Assembly: GCA_965119715.1 (NCBI GenBank)
Contig: OZ221969.1
Span: forward strand, 739,620-779,619
Length of the DNA: 40,000 nt
Reading direction: 5' to 3'
Source: Lancefieldella sp. Marseille-QA0953
Lineage (GTDB): Bacteria; Actinomycetota; Coriobacteriia; Coriobacteriales; JAEZZM01
The number at the start of each line of letters is the position of its first letter. Position 1 is the first letter of the stretch. Under the pieces are notes generated by a model. It made no database searches. It saw only the letters and a program-made list of their open reading frames with translations, and had not been told where the DNA came from. Shown one piece after another: positions 28,516-37,938 of this stretch. The position numbers and the translations under genes are program-made.

Positions 28516-29844
28516 ATGGGAAACTACGTACCAAGCACAGAAGCTCAGCAAAAAGAAATGCTTGCTGAGCTTGGGCTCAGCTCACTTAATGAGCTCTATA
28601 CGGATATTCCAAATGATTTAATTTTGGATGATTTAGCTATCCCGCATGAACTTTCTCAACTAGAAATTGAGCGCAAACTGCAAACACTCTCTAAGAAAAA
28701 TCAAGACTTTAGCGCAGTGTACAGGGGTGCTGGTGCGTATGCGCACTACATTCCTCCAATGGTAAGAAAGGTAAGCGATAAAGAATCTTTCTTAACAGCC
28801 TACACTCCCTACCAGGCGGAACTTTCACAGGGTGTACTGCAAAACATCTTTGAGTACCAGTCAATTATTTGTGAGCTTACTGGTATGGATGTATCTAATG
28901 CATCTATGTATGACGGAGCAAGTTCTCTTGCTGAGGCCTGCGGCATGTGTTACAGCAAAAAGAAAAAGAAGACTCTGATTGCAGCAAGTGCTCACCCAAA
29001 CTATAAAAAGGTAGTCAAGACCTATGCTCATGCATTTGGAGCAGAAGTAGAAGAGGTATCTTTTACAGAAGACGGTCGCCTCGATTTAGATGAGCTAAAA
29101 ACTAAACTTGCCGATGAAAACGTGGCATCTTTTGCGCTTCAGCAGCCTAACTTTTTTGGAGTAATTGAAGACGCAAAAGCTATCGGAGATATTCTCGCAG
29201 AGACTAAGGCACACTACATTATGTGCGCCAACCCACTGCTGCTTACTACCTTAAAAACTCCAGGGGAGTGCAGAGCAGATATTGCCTGCGGAGAGGCGCA
29301 GCCACTGGGCTTATCGCTCAACTTTGGTGGACCTTACCTCGGATACCTTGCGTGTTCAACCAAGCTGATGCGCTCTATGCCGGGAAGAATTGTTGGTCAG
29401 ACCACTGACATGGATGGTAAGAGATGTTTTGTACTTACCCTTCAAACGCGCGAACAACACATCAGACGCGAAAAGGCTACCTCAAACATCTGCACTAACC
29501 AGGCACTTTGTGCCTTAAGTGCGTGTGTATACGTGGCATCTATGGGACTAGCCGGCATGAAAGAAGCATGTGGGCAGTCCATGAAGTATGCGCGTTACCT
29601 AAAAGATCAGCTTATCTCAACTGGCCACTTTAGTGAGGTTTATAGCGCAGAGTGCGCCTATGAGTTTGTACTCAAGACTGATTTGGATGTACATAAACTT
29701 GAGGACTACCTTGCAGAGCACAACATTTTAAGCGGCCTTATTTTGGATGATACGCACATGCTGTGGTGTGCTACAGAGATGAATACTAAAGAAGGAATTG
29801 ATGAGCTCACCCAGCTTATTTCATCATTTGAGGAGGTAAAATAA
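28516..29844 (+). CDS. gcvPA: glycine dehydrogenase (decarboxylating) subunit 1
   Basis: 442 aa containing FLTAYTPYQAELSQGVLQNIFEYQS and TREQHIRREKATSNICTNQAL. Confidence 0.92.
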   Translation: MGNYVPSTEAQQKEMLAELGLSSLNELYTDIPNDLILDDLAIPHELSQLEIERKLQTLSKKNQDFSAVYRGAGAYAHYIPPMVRKVSDKESFLTAYTPYQAELSQGVLQNIFEYQSIICELTGMDVSNASMYDGASSLAEACGMCYSKKKKKTLIAASAHPNYKKVVKTYAHAFGAEVEEVSFTEDGRLDLDELKTKLADENVASFALQQPNFFGVIEDAKAIGDILAETKAHYIMCANPLLLTTLKTPGECRADIACGEAQPLGLSLNFGGPYLGYLACSTKLMRSMPGRIVGQTTDMDGKRCFVLTLQTREQHIRREKATSNICTNQALCALSACVYVASMGLAGMKEACGQSMKYARYLKDQLISTGHFSEVYSAECAYEFVLKTDLDVHKLEDYLAEHNILSGLILDDTHMLWCATEMNTKEGIDELTQLISSFEEVK

Positions 29845-31307
29845 TGGATCTCCTTTTTGAAAAAAGTGTTCCAGGAAAACACACCCAGTATCTGCCAACC
29901 TGTGAACTTGATATTGATGTGGATGTAGATAAGAGTTTACTCAGAGAGTCTGACCTCAATCTGCCTGAGTTATCAGAAATTGAGGTTTCAAGGCATTATT
30001 CAGAACTTGAGAGACAAACCTTTGGTGTAAATAACGGCATGTATATGCTTGGCTCTTGCACCATGAAATACAATCCTCAAATAAATGAGATTATTGCTGG
30101 TCTTGATGGCTTTAGTAATGCACACCCTCTAAGTCCTGACCAAAGTTGTCAGGCAAGTCTTGGCGTATATGCAAAGGCGGAGGAGTATCTCTGTGAAATT
30201 ACTGGTATGGACGAGATGACCTTTCAGCCAGCAGCAGGAGCTCATGGTGAGCTTTGCGGGCTCATGATGATTAAGGCCTATCATGAAAGTAATAACGAAG
30301 CATCCCGCAGCAAGATTTTGATTCCTGATGCAGCTCACGGTACTAATCCAGCATCTACTGCTATGGTTGGCTATGATCTTATAAGCATTCCGGTGGATGA
30401 TGACGGCTTTATTATTATTGATGAGCTAAAGAAGCTTGCAGACTCAAGCATTGCGGGCCTCATGCTTACCAACCCAAATACCGAAGGCCAATTTGAGAAA
30501 AACATTTTAGAGGTATCTAAAATTGTTCACGATGCAGGCGGCATTAACTACTATGACGGCGCAAACCTTAATGCAATTATGGGTATTGTGCGCCCAGGGG
30601 ACATGGGCTTTGACATTGTGCACCTTAACTTGCATAAGACGTTTTCTACCCCTCACGGTGGAGGAGGCCCAGGAGCGTGCGGCGTAGGTGTTAAAAAAGG
30701 ACTTGCACAGTTTTTACCGGGACCAAAGGTATATGAAAAAGACGGTCAATATATTCAGGAAACTCCTTCAAAATCAATTGGGAAACTTGTTGCCTTTAAT
30801 GGTAACTTCGCTAATGTTTTAAGAGCACTTACCTATGTGATTACACTTGGTAAAGAAGGTATTTCATACTCAGCCAAAAATGCGGTCTTAAACGCAAACT
30901 ACATGAAAGCACTCTTAAGTGATGACTATGACATGTCTCATGATGGCATTTGCATGCATGAGTTTGTTATGACCTTAAAGCGTCTCAAAAAAGTGACTGG
31001 AGTAAGCGCTAAAGATATTGCAAAAGGGCTCTTAGACTTTGGACTTCATGCTCCAACCATGTATTTCCCACTTACCATTGAAGAAGCTTTGATGGTTGAG
31101 CCTACTGAGACAGAATCTCAAGAGAGCATGCAGTATGCGGTTGAGGTCTTTAAGAAACTCAAAGAGCTAGCCTTAGAAAATCCTGAGTATCTGCTTAAGG
31201 CTCCGTATACAACATACGTAAGAAGACCGGATGAACTTGAAGCTGCAAGAAAACCAATCTTAAGTTTTCAGCAGAGCATTAAGCTAGACGCAGGGGAACA
31301 AGACTAG
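29844..31307 (+). CDS. gcvPB: glycine dehydrogenase (decarboxylating) subunit 2
   Basis: 487 aa with the PLP-lysine region HLNLHKTFSTPHGGGGPG. TAATG overlap with gcvPA. Confidence 0.92.
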   Translation: MDLLFEKSVPGKHTQYLPTCELDIDVDVDKSLLRESDLNLPELSEIEVSRHYSELERQTFGVNNGMYMLGSCTMKYNPQINEIIAGLDGFSNAHPLSPDQSCQASLGVYAKAEEYLCEITGMDEMTFQPAAGAHGELCGLMMIKAYHESNNEASRSKILIPDAAHGTNPASTAMVGYDLISIPVDDDGFIIIDELKKLADSSIAGLMLTNPNTEGQFEKNILEVSKIVHDAGGINYYDGANLNAIMGIVRPGDMGFDIVHLNLHKTFSTPHGGGGPGACGVGVKKGLAQFLPGPKVYEKDGQYIQETPSKSIGKLVAFNGNFANVLRALTYVITLGKEGISYSAKNAVLNANYMKALLSDDYDMSHDGICMHEFVMTLKRLKKVTGVSAKDIAKGLLDFGLHAPTMYFPLTIEEALMVEPTETESQESMQYAVEVFKKLKELALENPEYLLKAPYTTYVRRPDELEAARKPILSFQQSIKLDAGEQD

Positions 31308-32321
31308 ATGATTGACGAGATACTTTACTATAGATCTAAAGGTTATGACCCCTATACCAACCAAGGTGTTGAGATGTACCTCTTTGATGAGGTAAAGGAC
31401 AATCAGCTTGCTTTTTATTTGTGGCAAAACGATAAAACCGTGGTTATTGGTAGAAATCAAAATGCCTCAGTTGAGCTAGATAGAGAAACTTTAGAAGCAG
31501 ATGGCGGTCACTTAGCACGAAGACTTTCTGGTGGTGGCGCGGTATATCACGAGGTGGCAAACCTTAACTTTACCTTTGCCTGCACGGGCGATAACTACAG
31601 TGTCGCTCGTCAATCAATGGTTATTGTGCGCGCTATGAAAAAGCTTGGTTTTGACGCTGAGCTCTCTGGCAGAAATGACATAACTATTGATGGTGCTAAA
31701 TTTTCTGGTAACGCTTACTACTCAAAGGCAAACCACCACTATCACCACGGAACTATTTTGGTAAATGTGGATACCGAAAAAATGGCTAAATACTTAAAGC
31801 CTTCTTCAAAAAAGCTCAAAGCAAAAGGTGTGAGTTCAGTGCGCTCTCGTGTAGTAAATCTGGTTCAGCTTGATCCGGATTTAACTATTGACGGCTTAGC
31901 ATCTGCGCTTAAAGAAGCTGTTAAAGAAGAGTATCAGTGTAGCATGCGTGAGCTGAGTGAGTCTGATTTTGATACAGAAAAGCTTGACAGACAGGTAGCA
32001 TTTTTTGCCGATAAAAGCTGGCAACGAGGAAAACATGTGGACTATAACCTCTTTAATCAAGAACGCTACAGTTGGGGAGAAGCTTCAATTGAAATAGAGC
32101 TTTCTGAAAACAAAATCAAAGACTTAAAGGTTAACTCTGACGCTAATGATTCAAGCCTTATAAAAGAGATTGAAGAGATCTTGCTGCGTGCGGGAACTAA
32201 GCTTGATGATTTAGTGCGTGCATTAGATGATACATATTTAAAAGATGAGCAAAGTAATCTAATTAAGCAAGATATTGCTGATTTGATTAAAGCTTTAGAA
32301 GAAGGAGGTTCAGATGAGTAA
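31308..32321 (+). CDS. lplA: lipoate-protein ligase A
   Basis: 337 aa containing RRLSGGGAVYHE, NLNFTF and the active-site lysine region ITIDGAKFSGNAYY. Confidence 0.88.
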   Translation: MIDEILYYRSKGYDPYTNQGVEMYLFDEVKDNQLAFYLWQNDKTVVIGRNQNASVELDRETLEADGGHLARRLSGGGAVYHEVANLNFTFACTGDNYSVARQSMVIVRAMKKLGFDAELSGRNDITIDGAKFSGNAYYSKANHHYHHGTILVNVDTEKMAKYLKPSSKKLKAKGVSSVRSRVVNLVQLDPDLTIDGLASALKEAVKEEYQCSMRELSESDFDTEKLDRQVAFFADKSWQRGKHVDYNLFNQERYSWGEASIEIELSENKIKDLKVNSDANDSSLIKEIEEILLRAGTKLDDLVRALDDTYLKDEQSNLIKQDIADLIKALEEGGSDE

Positions 32322-33723
32322 TAGCTATGACGTGATTGTTGTGGGATCTGGACCGGCTGGATATGTGTGCGCTATTAAACTTGCACAACTTGGCAAGCAG
32401 GTGTGCGTAGTAGAAAAAGATAAACTTGGCGGCACCTGTTTAAATAGAGGATGTATCCCAACAAAGGCGCTCTTACATGTTTCTCAATTAAGAAGTGACT
32501 TTGATGCATTTAAAAACTTTGCTCCAAATGTAGAGGAGCCCAAGCTTGATGAAGCAGCTATTGACGCTTACAAAACTCAAATAGTTGACGGACAAAGAGC
32601 GGGTGTTGAAGGGCTCATAAAAGCTAACGGCATTGATCTTAAGTTTGGAAAAGCAAAAGTTATCTCACAAACAAAAGTTGAACTAATAAATGGTGATGTA
32701 AATGAGCTTCTTGAAGCCAAAGAAGCTATTGTGCTTGCTGCAGGATCTACTCCATTGATGATTCCAATTAAAGGTATTGAGCACTGCTACTCATCTGATG
32801 ATTTGCTTGAAGGTGAGTCTAAACAGTTTGACTCACTCACCATTATTGGTGGAGGAGTAATAGGAGCTGAGCTTGCCTCATATTACGCAGGTATTGGTAA
32901 AGAAGTTACCGTAGTTGAAGCACTCGACAGACTTATTGCTCGTATGGATAAGGATGCCTCAAGCGCGCTTTCAAGTCAGCTTAAACTTTTAGGCGTAAAG
33001 GTGCAGGTTAAATCAAGCGTTAAGTCTGTATCTAAAGAGGGTGATACACTTATTACCTCCTTTGAGGATAAAAAAGGTGAACTTCAAGAAATTAGAAGTG
33101 ACGCGGTGTTATGTGCGGTAGGCAGAAGAGCAGCATCACAAGACCTTTGGTCTGAAGATTTAAACATCGAATGTGAGCGTGGCTTTATTAAGGTTGATGA
33201 AAACTTTGAGACAAGCCAAAAAGACATCTTTGCTATTGGTGACATTATATGTGGCTCAAAGCAGCTTGCACACGAGGCCTCCTTTGAAGCAGAGCTTCTT
33301 GCAGAATATCTTTGCGGCACGCAAAAGACTGCTCATAGAGAGCTTGTTCCTTCTGTAATCTATACCTCACCTGAGATTGCTTCTATTGGCACGACTGAAG
33401 AAGAAGCAAAGGCAAGCGGCCTTGACTACCTTGCAAGCAAGTATGTGATGGGTGGAAACGCTCGTGTAGCTATAGCTAATACTGGCAGAAGCTTTATTAA
33501 AGTGTTGGTAGAGGAAAAAAGCTACAAACTGCTTGGTGCAACTATAGTTTCTGAGCATGCATCAGAAATGATTAACGAGTTAAGCTTAGGTCTTTCACAA
33601 GGGTTATCAGTAGATGATATGTGCTCATACATGCATCCTCATCCAAGTTTTGGCGAGGGTTTAACTGAGGTCTTACAAAGCGTAAAAAACGAGGCGATAC
33701 ATGTACCGCCTCGCAAAAAATAA
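32314..33723 (+). CDS. lpdA: dihydrolipoyl dehydrogenase (E3 / L protein)
   Basis: FAD motif VVGSGPAGY, redox disulfide GGTCLNRGCIPTK, NAD motif IIGGGVIGAE and a C-terminal HPHPSFGE. Confidence 0.92.
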   Translation: MSNSYDVIVVGSGPAGYVCAIKLAQLGKQVCVVEKDKLGGTCLNRGCIPTKALLHVSQLRSDFDAFKNFAPNVEEPKLDEAAIDAYKTQIVDGQRAGVEGLIKANGIDLKFGKAKVISQTKVELINGDVNELLEAKEAIVLAAGSTPLMIPIKGIEHCYSSDDLLEGESKQFDSLTIIGGGVIGAELASYYAGIGKEVTVVEALDRLIARMDKDASSALSSQLKLLGVKVQVKSSVKSVSKEGDTLITSFEDKKGELQEIRSDAVLCAVGRRAASQDLWSEDLNIECERGFIKVDENFETSQKDIFAIGDIICGSKQLAHEASFEAELLAEYLCGTQKTAHRELVPSVIYTSPEIASIGTTEEEAKASGLDYLASKYVMGGNARVAIANTGRSFIKVLVEEKSYKLLGATIVSEHASEMINELSLGLSQGLSVDDMCSYMHPHPSFGEGLTEVLQSVKNEAIHVPPRKK

Positions 33724-33758
33724 GTAAGTTTTTGGGGTGGGGTAAAGACGTGTAGGTC

Positions 33759-34865
33759 TTACTCGCCCCAAACTTCTTGAGCAGTTTCAACAATCATCTT
33801 AATTTTTGCCCACTGATCTTCTTCGGTGAGCTCATTTGAAATCTCATTTGATGAAAAACCGCACTGGGTTGAAAGGCATAAGTGGTCAAGGTCCACAAAC
33901 TTGCTTGCATCCTCAATGCGCTTTTTGACTGCCTCTCTGTCTTCAAGTTCACCCGTCTTGGTGGTAACAAGGCCAAGAGCTACTACTTTACCCTCTGAGA
34001 GGTGCTGTAGCGGCTCAAAACCACCAGCGCGCTCTGAGTCAAACTCAAGATAGTAGGCGTTTACCTTAAGCTCATTAAAGAGCTGATGTGCAACAGAATC
34101 ATAGCCACCACTTGCAAACCATCTGGATGCGTAGTTGCCACGGCAGTTATGGGTAGTGATGTTGAGCTCTTTTGGAGCTTTCTCAACACTTAAGTTAGTT
34201 ACACGAACATAGATGTCAGCAATTTTTGATGCTTCTTCAGGATCAACTCCACTAAAGAGGTGTGACCATGAACAATCATCCAGCTGAACTGTGGTAGCAC
34301 CAGCATTATAAAGGTCAGTAAGCACCTGACCATAGGCGTGAGCGATATCTACGATAAGCTCTTCATCATCTGGATAGTGCGCCTTGGTTGCCTCAACAGT
34401 TGTTTCTCTGTGAAGGTCAGAAAAGAGCTGAGCAGGGCCAGGGATAGTTTGTTTAGCCTCAATGTCTTCTGGTGTATGAGCTTTGGTAAATGTAAAGTGC
34501 TCAACAAAGGGATGGTTTTCTCCACTGATTTTGCCGCATACACGAACACCTTGTGCAGGGGTTTCAATGCCGTCAAAGAAGTATCCGTGCTTGCGCTCAA
34601 AACGTTCAATACCGCCAAGTCCCCAAAAGAAATCCTGGTGCCATGATGATCTTCTAAACTCACCATCTGAGACACACTTAAGACCAGCGTCTACTTGTTT
34701 TTGGATGACTTCAATAATGGCTTTATCCTCTTGTGCCTTAAGCTCTTCTGCACTAATGCTGCCTTCTTTAAAGGCTTTGCGTGCATCTAAGAGCTCTTTT
34801 GGTCTAATTAATGAACCAACAATATCGCCACGATACGGCGCTTTTGTACGAGTAGTAAAAGACAT
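33759..34865 (-). CDS. cobalamin-independent methionine synthase II family protein (MetE C-terminal domain only; YxjG/YxjH-like)
   Basis: 368 aa. KAPYRGDIVGSLIRP...DGEFRRSSWHQDFF parallels B. subtilis YxjG/YxjH as I recall them. Candidate Zn ligands lie in TTHNCRGN and LSTQCGFSS. Confidence 0.8.
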   Translation of the reverse strand: MSFTTRTKAPYRGDIVGSLIRPKELLDARKAFKEGSISAEELKAQEDKAIIEVIQKQVDAGLKCVSDGEFRRSSWHQDFFWGLGGIERFERKHGYFFDGIETPAQGVRVCGKISGENHPFVEHFTFTKAHTPEDIEAKQTIPGPAQLFSDLHRETTVEATKAHYPDDEELIVDIAHAYGQVLTDLYNAGATTVQLDDCSWSHLFSGVDPEEASKIADIYVRVTNLSVEKAPKELNITTHNCRGNYASRWFASGGYDSVAHQLFNELKVNAYYLEFDSERAGGFEPLQHLSEGKVVALGLVTTKTGELEDREAVKKRIEDASKFVDLDHLCLSTQCGFSSNEISNELTEEDQWAKIKMIVETAQEVWGE

Positions 34866-34900
34866 AATTCTCCTTTATGAGTTTTATAGCTTTGAAAATC

Positions 34901-35701
34901 CTACCACGTAAAGCCCGGACGTTTAACAGTAATTGTGTTAAAGGCCTCTCCAAAGAGCTTACCAACACTTGGGTCTAAAATAAGTTCTTTAGTGCGGTTA
35001 ATATCATGGGCAACTGAGCTTGCAATAACGTCTACACCATAGTCAAAAAGAACTTCTGAGACTGGAACACTTGGTCCTACAAGTGCAACACAGGCGTTTT
35101 TAGAAAGTTCAAGTAATCTTGGTGCAGTCTTATTAGCAAGTGTCATTCCCGTCATCATAACAAGGTCGCAGCTTGGCAAGATATATTCGCTTGCTGAGGT
35201 AAAGACATCAGACTCAACGGAGGGGGCGAGCTCCAAAATAAAGAGGTCATGATTTTCTGCATAGCGCTCAACTTTTGGAAAATGTCCCACAATAGCTACG
35301 CGCTTGCCTTCAAACTTAGGCATAAGTTTAGAAATGGTGTCTTCTTTTTTATTTAAAGGAACTTCTGCCTTAAGAAGCTTTTCTCGCTCAGGGGTATTAA
35401 GTGCAATGTTAATAGCTGACATACCAAAGGATGCATAGTCGAAGTTCCATGAATAGATAAGTTCAGCAGCTTCTTTAACTGGCTTTCCAATTAAATCTTT
35501 AGGCTCAATTGGCTCTTGGTGTTCAAAAGGTCTAAAGGTGTGAGAAACTCCAAGGCCGTCTTTTGACTCCATAAAGGTCCAGTTTTTGCCTTTAGCTGCA
35601 TCTAAAATTATGCTGTCACTTGGCACAGTTGATACGAGGTCATTATACAAACCCCAGGCAGGACTATTTGTTTCTTTAATTTTCTTATCGTAATCAAACA
35701 T
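34901..35701 (-). CDS. DUF4213/DUF364 (Rossmann-like, putative chelatase-type) domain protein, function unknown
   Basis: 266 aa. An N-terminal beta-rich segment is followed by a Rossmann-like VAIVGHFP...ALVGPS layout typical of DUF364. AAGGAG ribosome-binding site. It lies 35 nt upstream of the YxjG-like gene on the same strand. Confidence 0.5.
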   Translation of the reverse strand: MFDYDKKIKETNSPAWGLYNDLVSTVPSDSIILDAAKGKNWTFMESKDGLGVSHTFRPFEHQEPIEPKDLIGKPVKEAAELIYSWNFDYASFGMSAINIALNTPEREKLLKAEVPLNKKEDTISKLMPKFEGKRVAIVGHFPKVERYAENHDLFILELAPSVESDVFTSASEYILPSCDLVMMTGMTLANKTAPRLLELSKNACVALVGPSVPVSEVLFDYGVDVIASSVAHDINRTKELILDPSVGKLFGEAFNTITVKRPGFTW

Positions 35702-35754
35702 AAGCTAAACTGCTCCTTAAAAAAGATCTCTTTGTTTGATTATAAGATGAAATG

Positions 35755-35776
35755 AAAAAAGCCTCGAGTGAGAGGC
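35755..35776 (-). terminator. rho-independent terminator downstream of the tRNA pair
   Basis: On the minus strand: GCCTC-TCACTC-GAGGC followed by TTTTTT (the plus strand reads AAAAAAGCCTCGAGTGAGAGGC). Confidence 0.6.
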
Positions 35777-35789
35777 TTGAATAATTAAC

Positions 35790-35866
35790 TGGGGTGGATA
35801 GAGGGTCTCGAACCCACGACCTACGGAGCCACATTCCGTTGCTCTACCAACTGAGCTATATCCACC
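35790..35866 (-). tRNA. tRNA-His (anticodon GTG), CCA encoded, with G-1
   Basis: The reverse complement folds by hand as G(-1)+GTGGATA / AGCTCAGTTGGTAGAGC / ACGGA-ATGTGGC-TCCGT / GTGGG-TTCGAGA-CCCTC / TATCCAC-C-CCA. The anticodon loop gives GTG. The extra 5' G opposite C73 is the His identity element. There is one U-U mismatch in the T stem. Confidence 0.9.
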
Positions 35867-35899
35867 ATAGATGGGTATGCATCATGTCTACTGTTAAGA

Positions 35900-35975
35900 T
35901 GGTGGGCGATCGGGGGTTCGAACCCCGGACCTTGTGATTAAGAGTCACCTGCTCTGCCAGCTGAGCTAATCGCCC
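35900..35975 (-). tRNA. tRNA-Lys (anticodon CTT), CCA encoded
   Basis: The reverse complement is GGGCGAT-TA-GCTC-AGCTGGCA-GAGC-A-GGTGA-CTCTTAA-TCACA-AGGTC-CGGGG-TTCGAAC-CCCCG-ATCGCCC-A-CCA, a 76-nt cloverleaf. Confidence 0.92.
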
Positions 35976-36000
35976 TCATTAATTTCATGAGCAAGAAAAA

Positions 36001-36029
36001 AGTATGAACTAAAACAGCTAATCTTGCAA
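36001..36029 (-). promoter_or_regulatory. candidate sigma-70-type promoter for the tRNA-Lys/tRNA-His unit
   Basis: Minus strand: TTGCAA (36029-36024), a 17-nt spacer, then CATACT (36006-36001), ~25 nt upstream of the tRNA-Lys 5' end. Confidence 0.4.
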
Positions 36030-36093
36030 GAATTAACTTTGGTTTCACATAACCTTAACAAGTTAGCGGTAAATGCAACTGCGGCGTAAATTT

Positions 36094-37014
36094 CTAACTT
36101 TGGAAATTATATTTATGTGCAACCCGGTTGTAAAGGGGTGTTGGCACATTATATTTTTTGCCTAAGCGAATAACCTCAAATATTAGGCTGTCTATCTCGG
36201 ACTGCTTGTGCTGTGCAAGGTCTCTAGACATTGATGGGATTGAGGTTGGAGCAAGCTCATCTAACAAGTCTAGGTTAACCTGTACGCGTCTTTCTGAGAC
36301 ATCAAGCCCCATTTTCTCACCAATTGCTAAAACCTCTTTTGAGAGGTCTACAAACATCTCACGCTGCTCACCTGGAACCTGAATTGCTGCAACGTCCATA
36401 CCGTAATAGCTTGAAAGTGCTGCAAGGGGAGAAATAAAGGCAAACTTTTTAAAGGAATCAAGCTTGGTGTGCTTACTAATCTCAAAGTCAATGCCTGCAC
36501 CGTTTAGTACTGGCTGGATTTCTTTTAAGAGTCCAAGTAATTCTTCATCATCCATTACATCATCTTTACCAGCAATGATTCTGCATAAATCAGAGTCTTG
36601 TAAGATAACACCTGGTCTAATAAGGGTTGAAGAGGCATAAATTAAACCGCGAAGTACGGTGAACTCCTCACCCAATTTTTCTTGGATTGAGTGAGAGATG
36701 CCAAAGCCATTGAGGATAGGGATGATAACAGCCTTAGTAAACTGTTTAGCTTTAATAAAGTCACAGACCTCATCGATAGAAAATGACTTAACGCAAATAA
36801 ATATCACGTCAGGCTCACCTTCATACAAAGCCATATCACTTACCTTTACCTCATAACTTGTAGTGTTATCAGGAGAAATAAAGGTAAGACCATCTTGAGA
36901 GAGGGCTTCCAGATTTTTGCCGTGAGCAATAAGATCAACATCTTGGTGGGCAGCCAACAGTTTTGCTGATAAAAGTCCGCCAATACCGCCTGCGCCAATT
37001 ACTAAAAATTTCAT
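36094..37014 (-). CDS. panE: 2-dehydropantoate 2-reductase (ketopantoate reductase, ApbA/PanE family)
   Basis: 306 aa with an N-terminal Rossmann motif (MKFLVIGAGGIGG) and a C-terminal PanE-type helical domain (SMSRDLAQHKQSEIDSLIFEVIRLGKKYNVPTP). Confidence 0.75.
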   Translation of the reverse strand: MKFLVIGAGGIGGLLSAKLLAAHQDVDLIAHGKNLEALSQDGLTFISPDNTTSYEVKVSDMALYEGEPDVIFICVKSFSIDEVCDFIKAKQFTKAVIIPILNGFGISHSIQEKLGEEFTVLRGLIYASSTLIRPGVILQDSDLCRIIAGKDDVMDDEELLGLLKEIQPVLNGAGIDFEISKHTKLDSFKKFAFISPLAALSSYYGMDVAAIQVPGEQREMFVDLSKEVLAIGEKMGLDVSERRVQVNLDLLDELAPTSIPSMSRDLAQHKQSEIDSLIFEVIRLGKKYNVPTPLYNRVAHKYNFQS

Positions 37015-37054
37015 CGATATCCTCTGCTGCTTAAATTCTAGTAGTCTCCTTAGT

Positions 37055-37816
37055 TTAGTCTAATGGCTTCAAATTGAAACCTTGAGACTCAATAAGTTTC
37101 AACATATTTTGTCTTTCTTCATCAGGTTTGGCGTAATACTTTGCAAGCTGCGTACTAAATTTGTCCACGCGTTGGTTTGCGTTGCGCAAATCATAGTAAG
37201 TGCCCATTTCTCGGTCATAGTCAGCAATTTGCTCAAGTATGTTATCAAGTTCTGGATAGCTGTTTTCAAAGAATCTAAAGTCCATAGACATTCTTGGCTT
37301 TTGCTCAGGGTTTTGGTTTGGTTTACCAAAGGCAAGACCAAGTACTGGGAAGGTGTACTTTGGAAGATGAAGAAGCTCAATTACTCTTGCTGGGTCGTTT
37401 CCAATGGAGCCTAAAATAACGCCACCATAACCAAGGGACTCAATTGCGTTATAGGTGTTTTGTACGTTTAAGCATGCATCGCCATATGCTGCAAAAAACT
37501 TACGGACATCTGCGCTGCCTTCTGCAAACGAATCCACCTCTTTTGCAATTTGGACGTTTCTAGCGTTATCGGCAATAAAAATCCAGAGCTCTGGAGCGCG
37601 AGCAACATATTCTTGTTTACAAACCTCTGAAATTTGCTTCTTTAATTCTGGATCCGTAACTCTAATAACAGAACTTGCTTGTTTTCCGGTAGAAGAGGCT
37701 GTCCACTGAACTACCTTTTTAAGAGTGTCGATTACCTCTTCTGGAACAGGGTCTGTAGTAAATTCTCTAAAGGTTCTATGTGTAAGTTGGTGTGAGATGG
37801 TTTGATTATTTTCCAC
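37055..37816 (-). CDS. NADPH-dependent nitroreductase/oxidoreductase, NfsA-like
   Basis: HRTFREFTTDPVPEEVIDTLKKV...SVIRVTDPELKKQI parallels the NfsA N-terminus. I prefer the GTG at 37816 (after GAAGGGA), giving ~253 aa. The track ATG at 37966 would add 50 unrelated residues and overlap the divergent mnmA start. Confidence 0.75.
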   Translation of the reverse strand: MENNQTISHQLTHRTFREFTTDPVPEEVIDTLKKVVQWTASSTGKQASSVIRVTDPELKKQISEVCKQEYVARAPELWIFIADNARNVQIAKEVDSFAEGSADVRKFFAAYGDACLNVQNTYNAIESLGYGGVILGSIGNDPARVIELLHLPKYTFPVLGLAFGKPNQNPEQKPRMSMDFRFFENSYPELDNILEQIADYDREMGTYYDLRNANQRVDKFSTQLAKYYAKPDEERQNMLKLIESQGFNLKPLD

Positions 37817-37938
37817 AGTAAAAATGTTCCCTTCAATTTTGTTGTTTTGTGAATCTGTATATCTATATTGCCCATCTTGATATATTTGATAAATACTTGA
37901 GATAAAAATTTGACCCGTTTGAATGGGAGTATTTATAT

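Noticed and set aside
33724-33772. Possible bidirectional terminator between lpd and the YxjG-like gene (TGGGG...GTAAAGAC-GTGTAG-GTCTTAC...CCCCA)
   Set aside because: The stem is imperfect (bulged), overlaps the last codons of the minus-strand gene and has no clear U-tract. It is too weak to call.
35702-35789. Possible S-box/SAM riboswitch or T-box leader upstream of the DUF364 / YxjG-like operon
   Set aside because: Only ~55 nt lie between the tRNA terminator and the AAGGAG ribosome-binding site, which is far too short for either leader. A TATAAT at 35744-35739 (minus strand) is present but has no -35 box, so I did not call a promoter.
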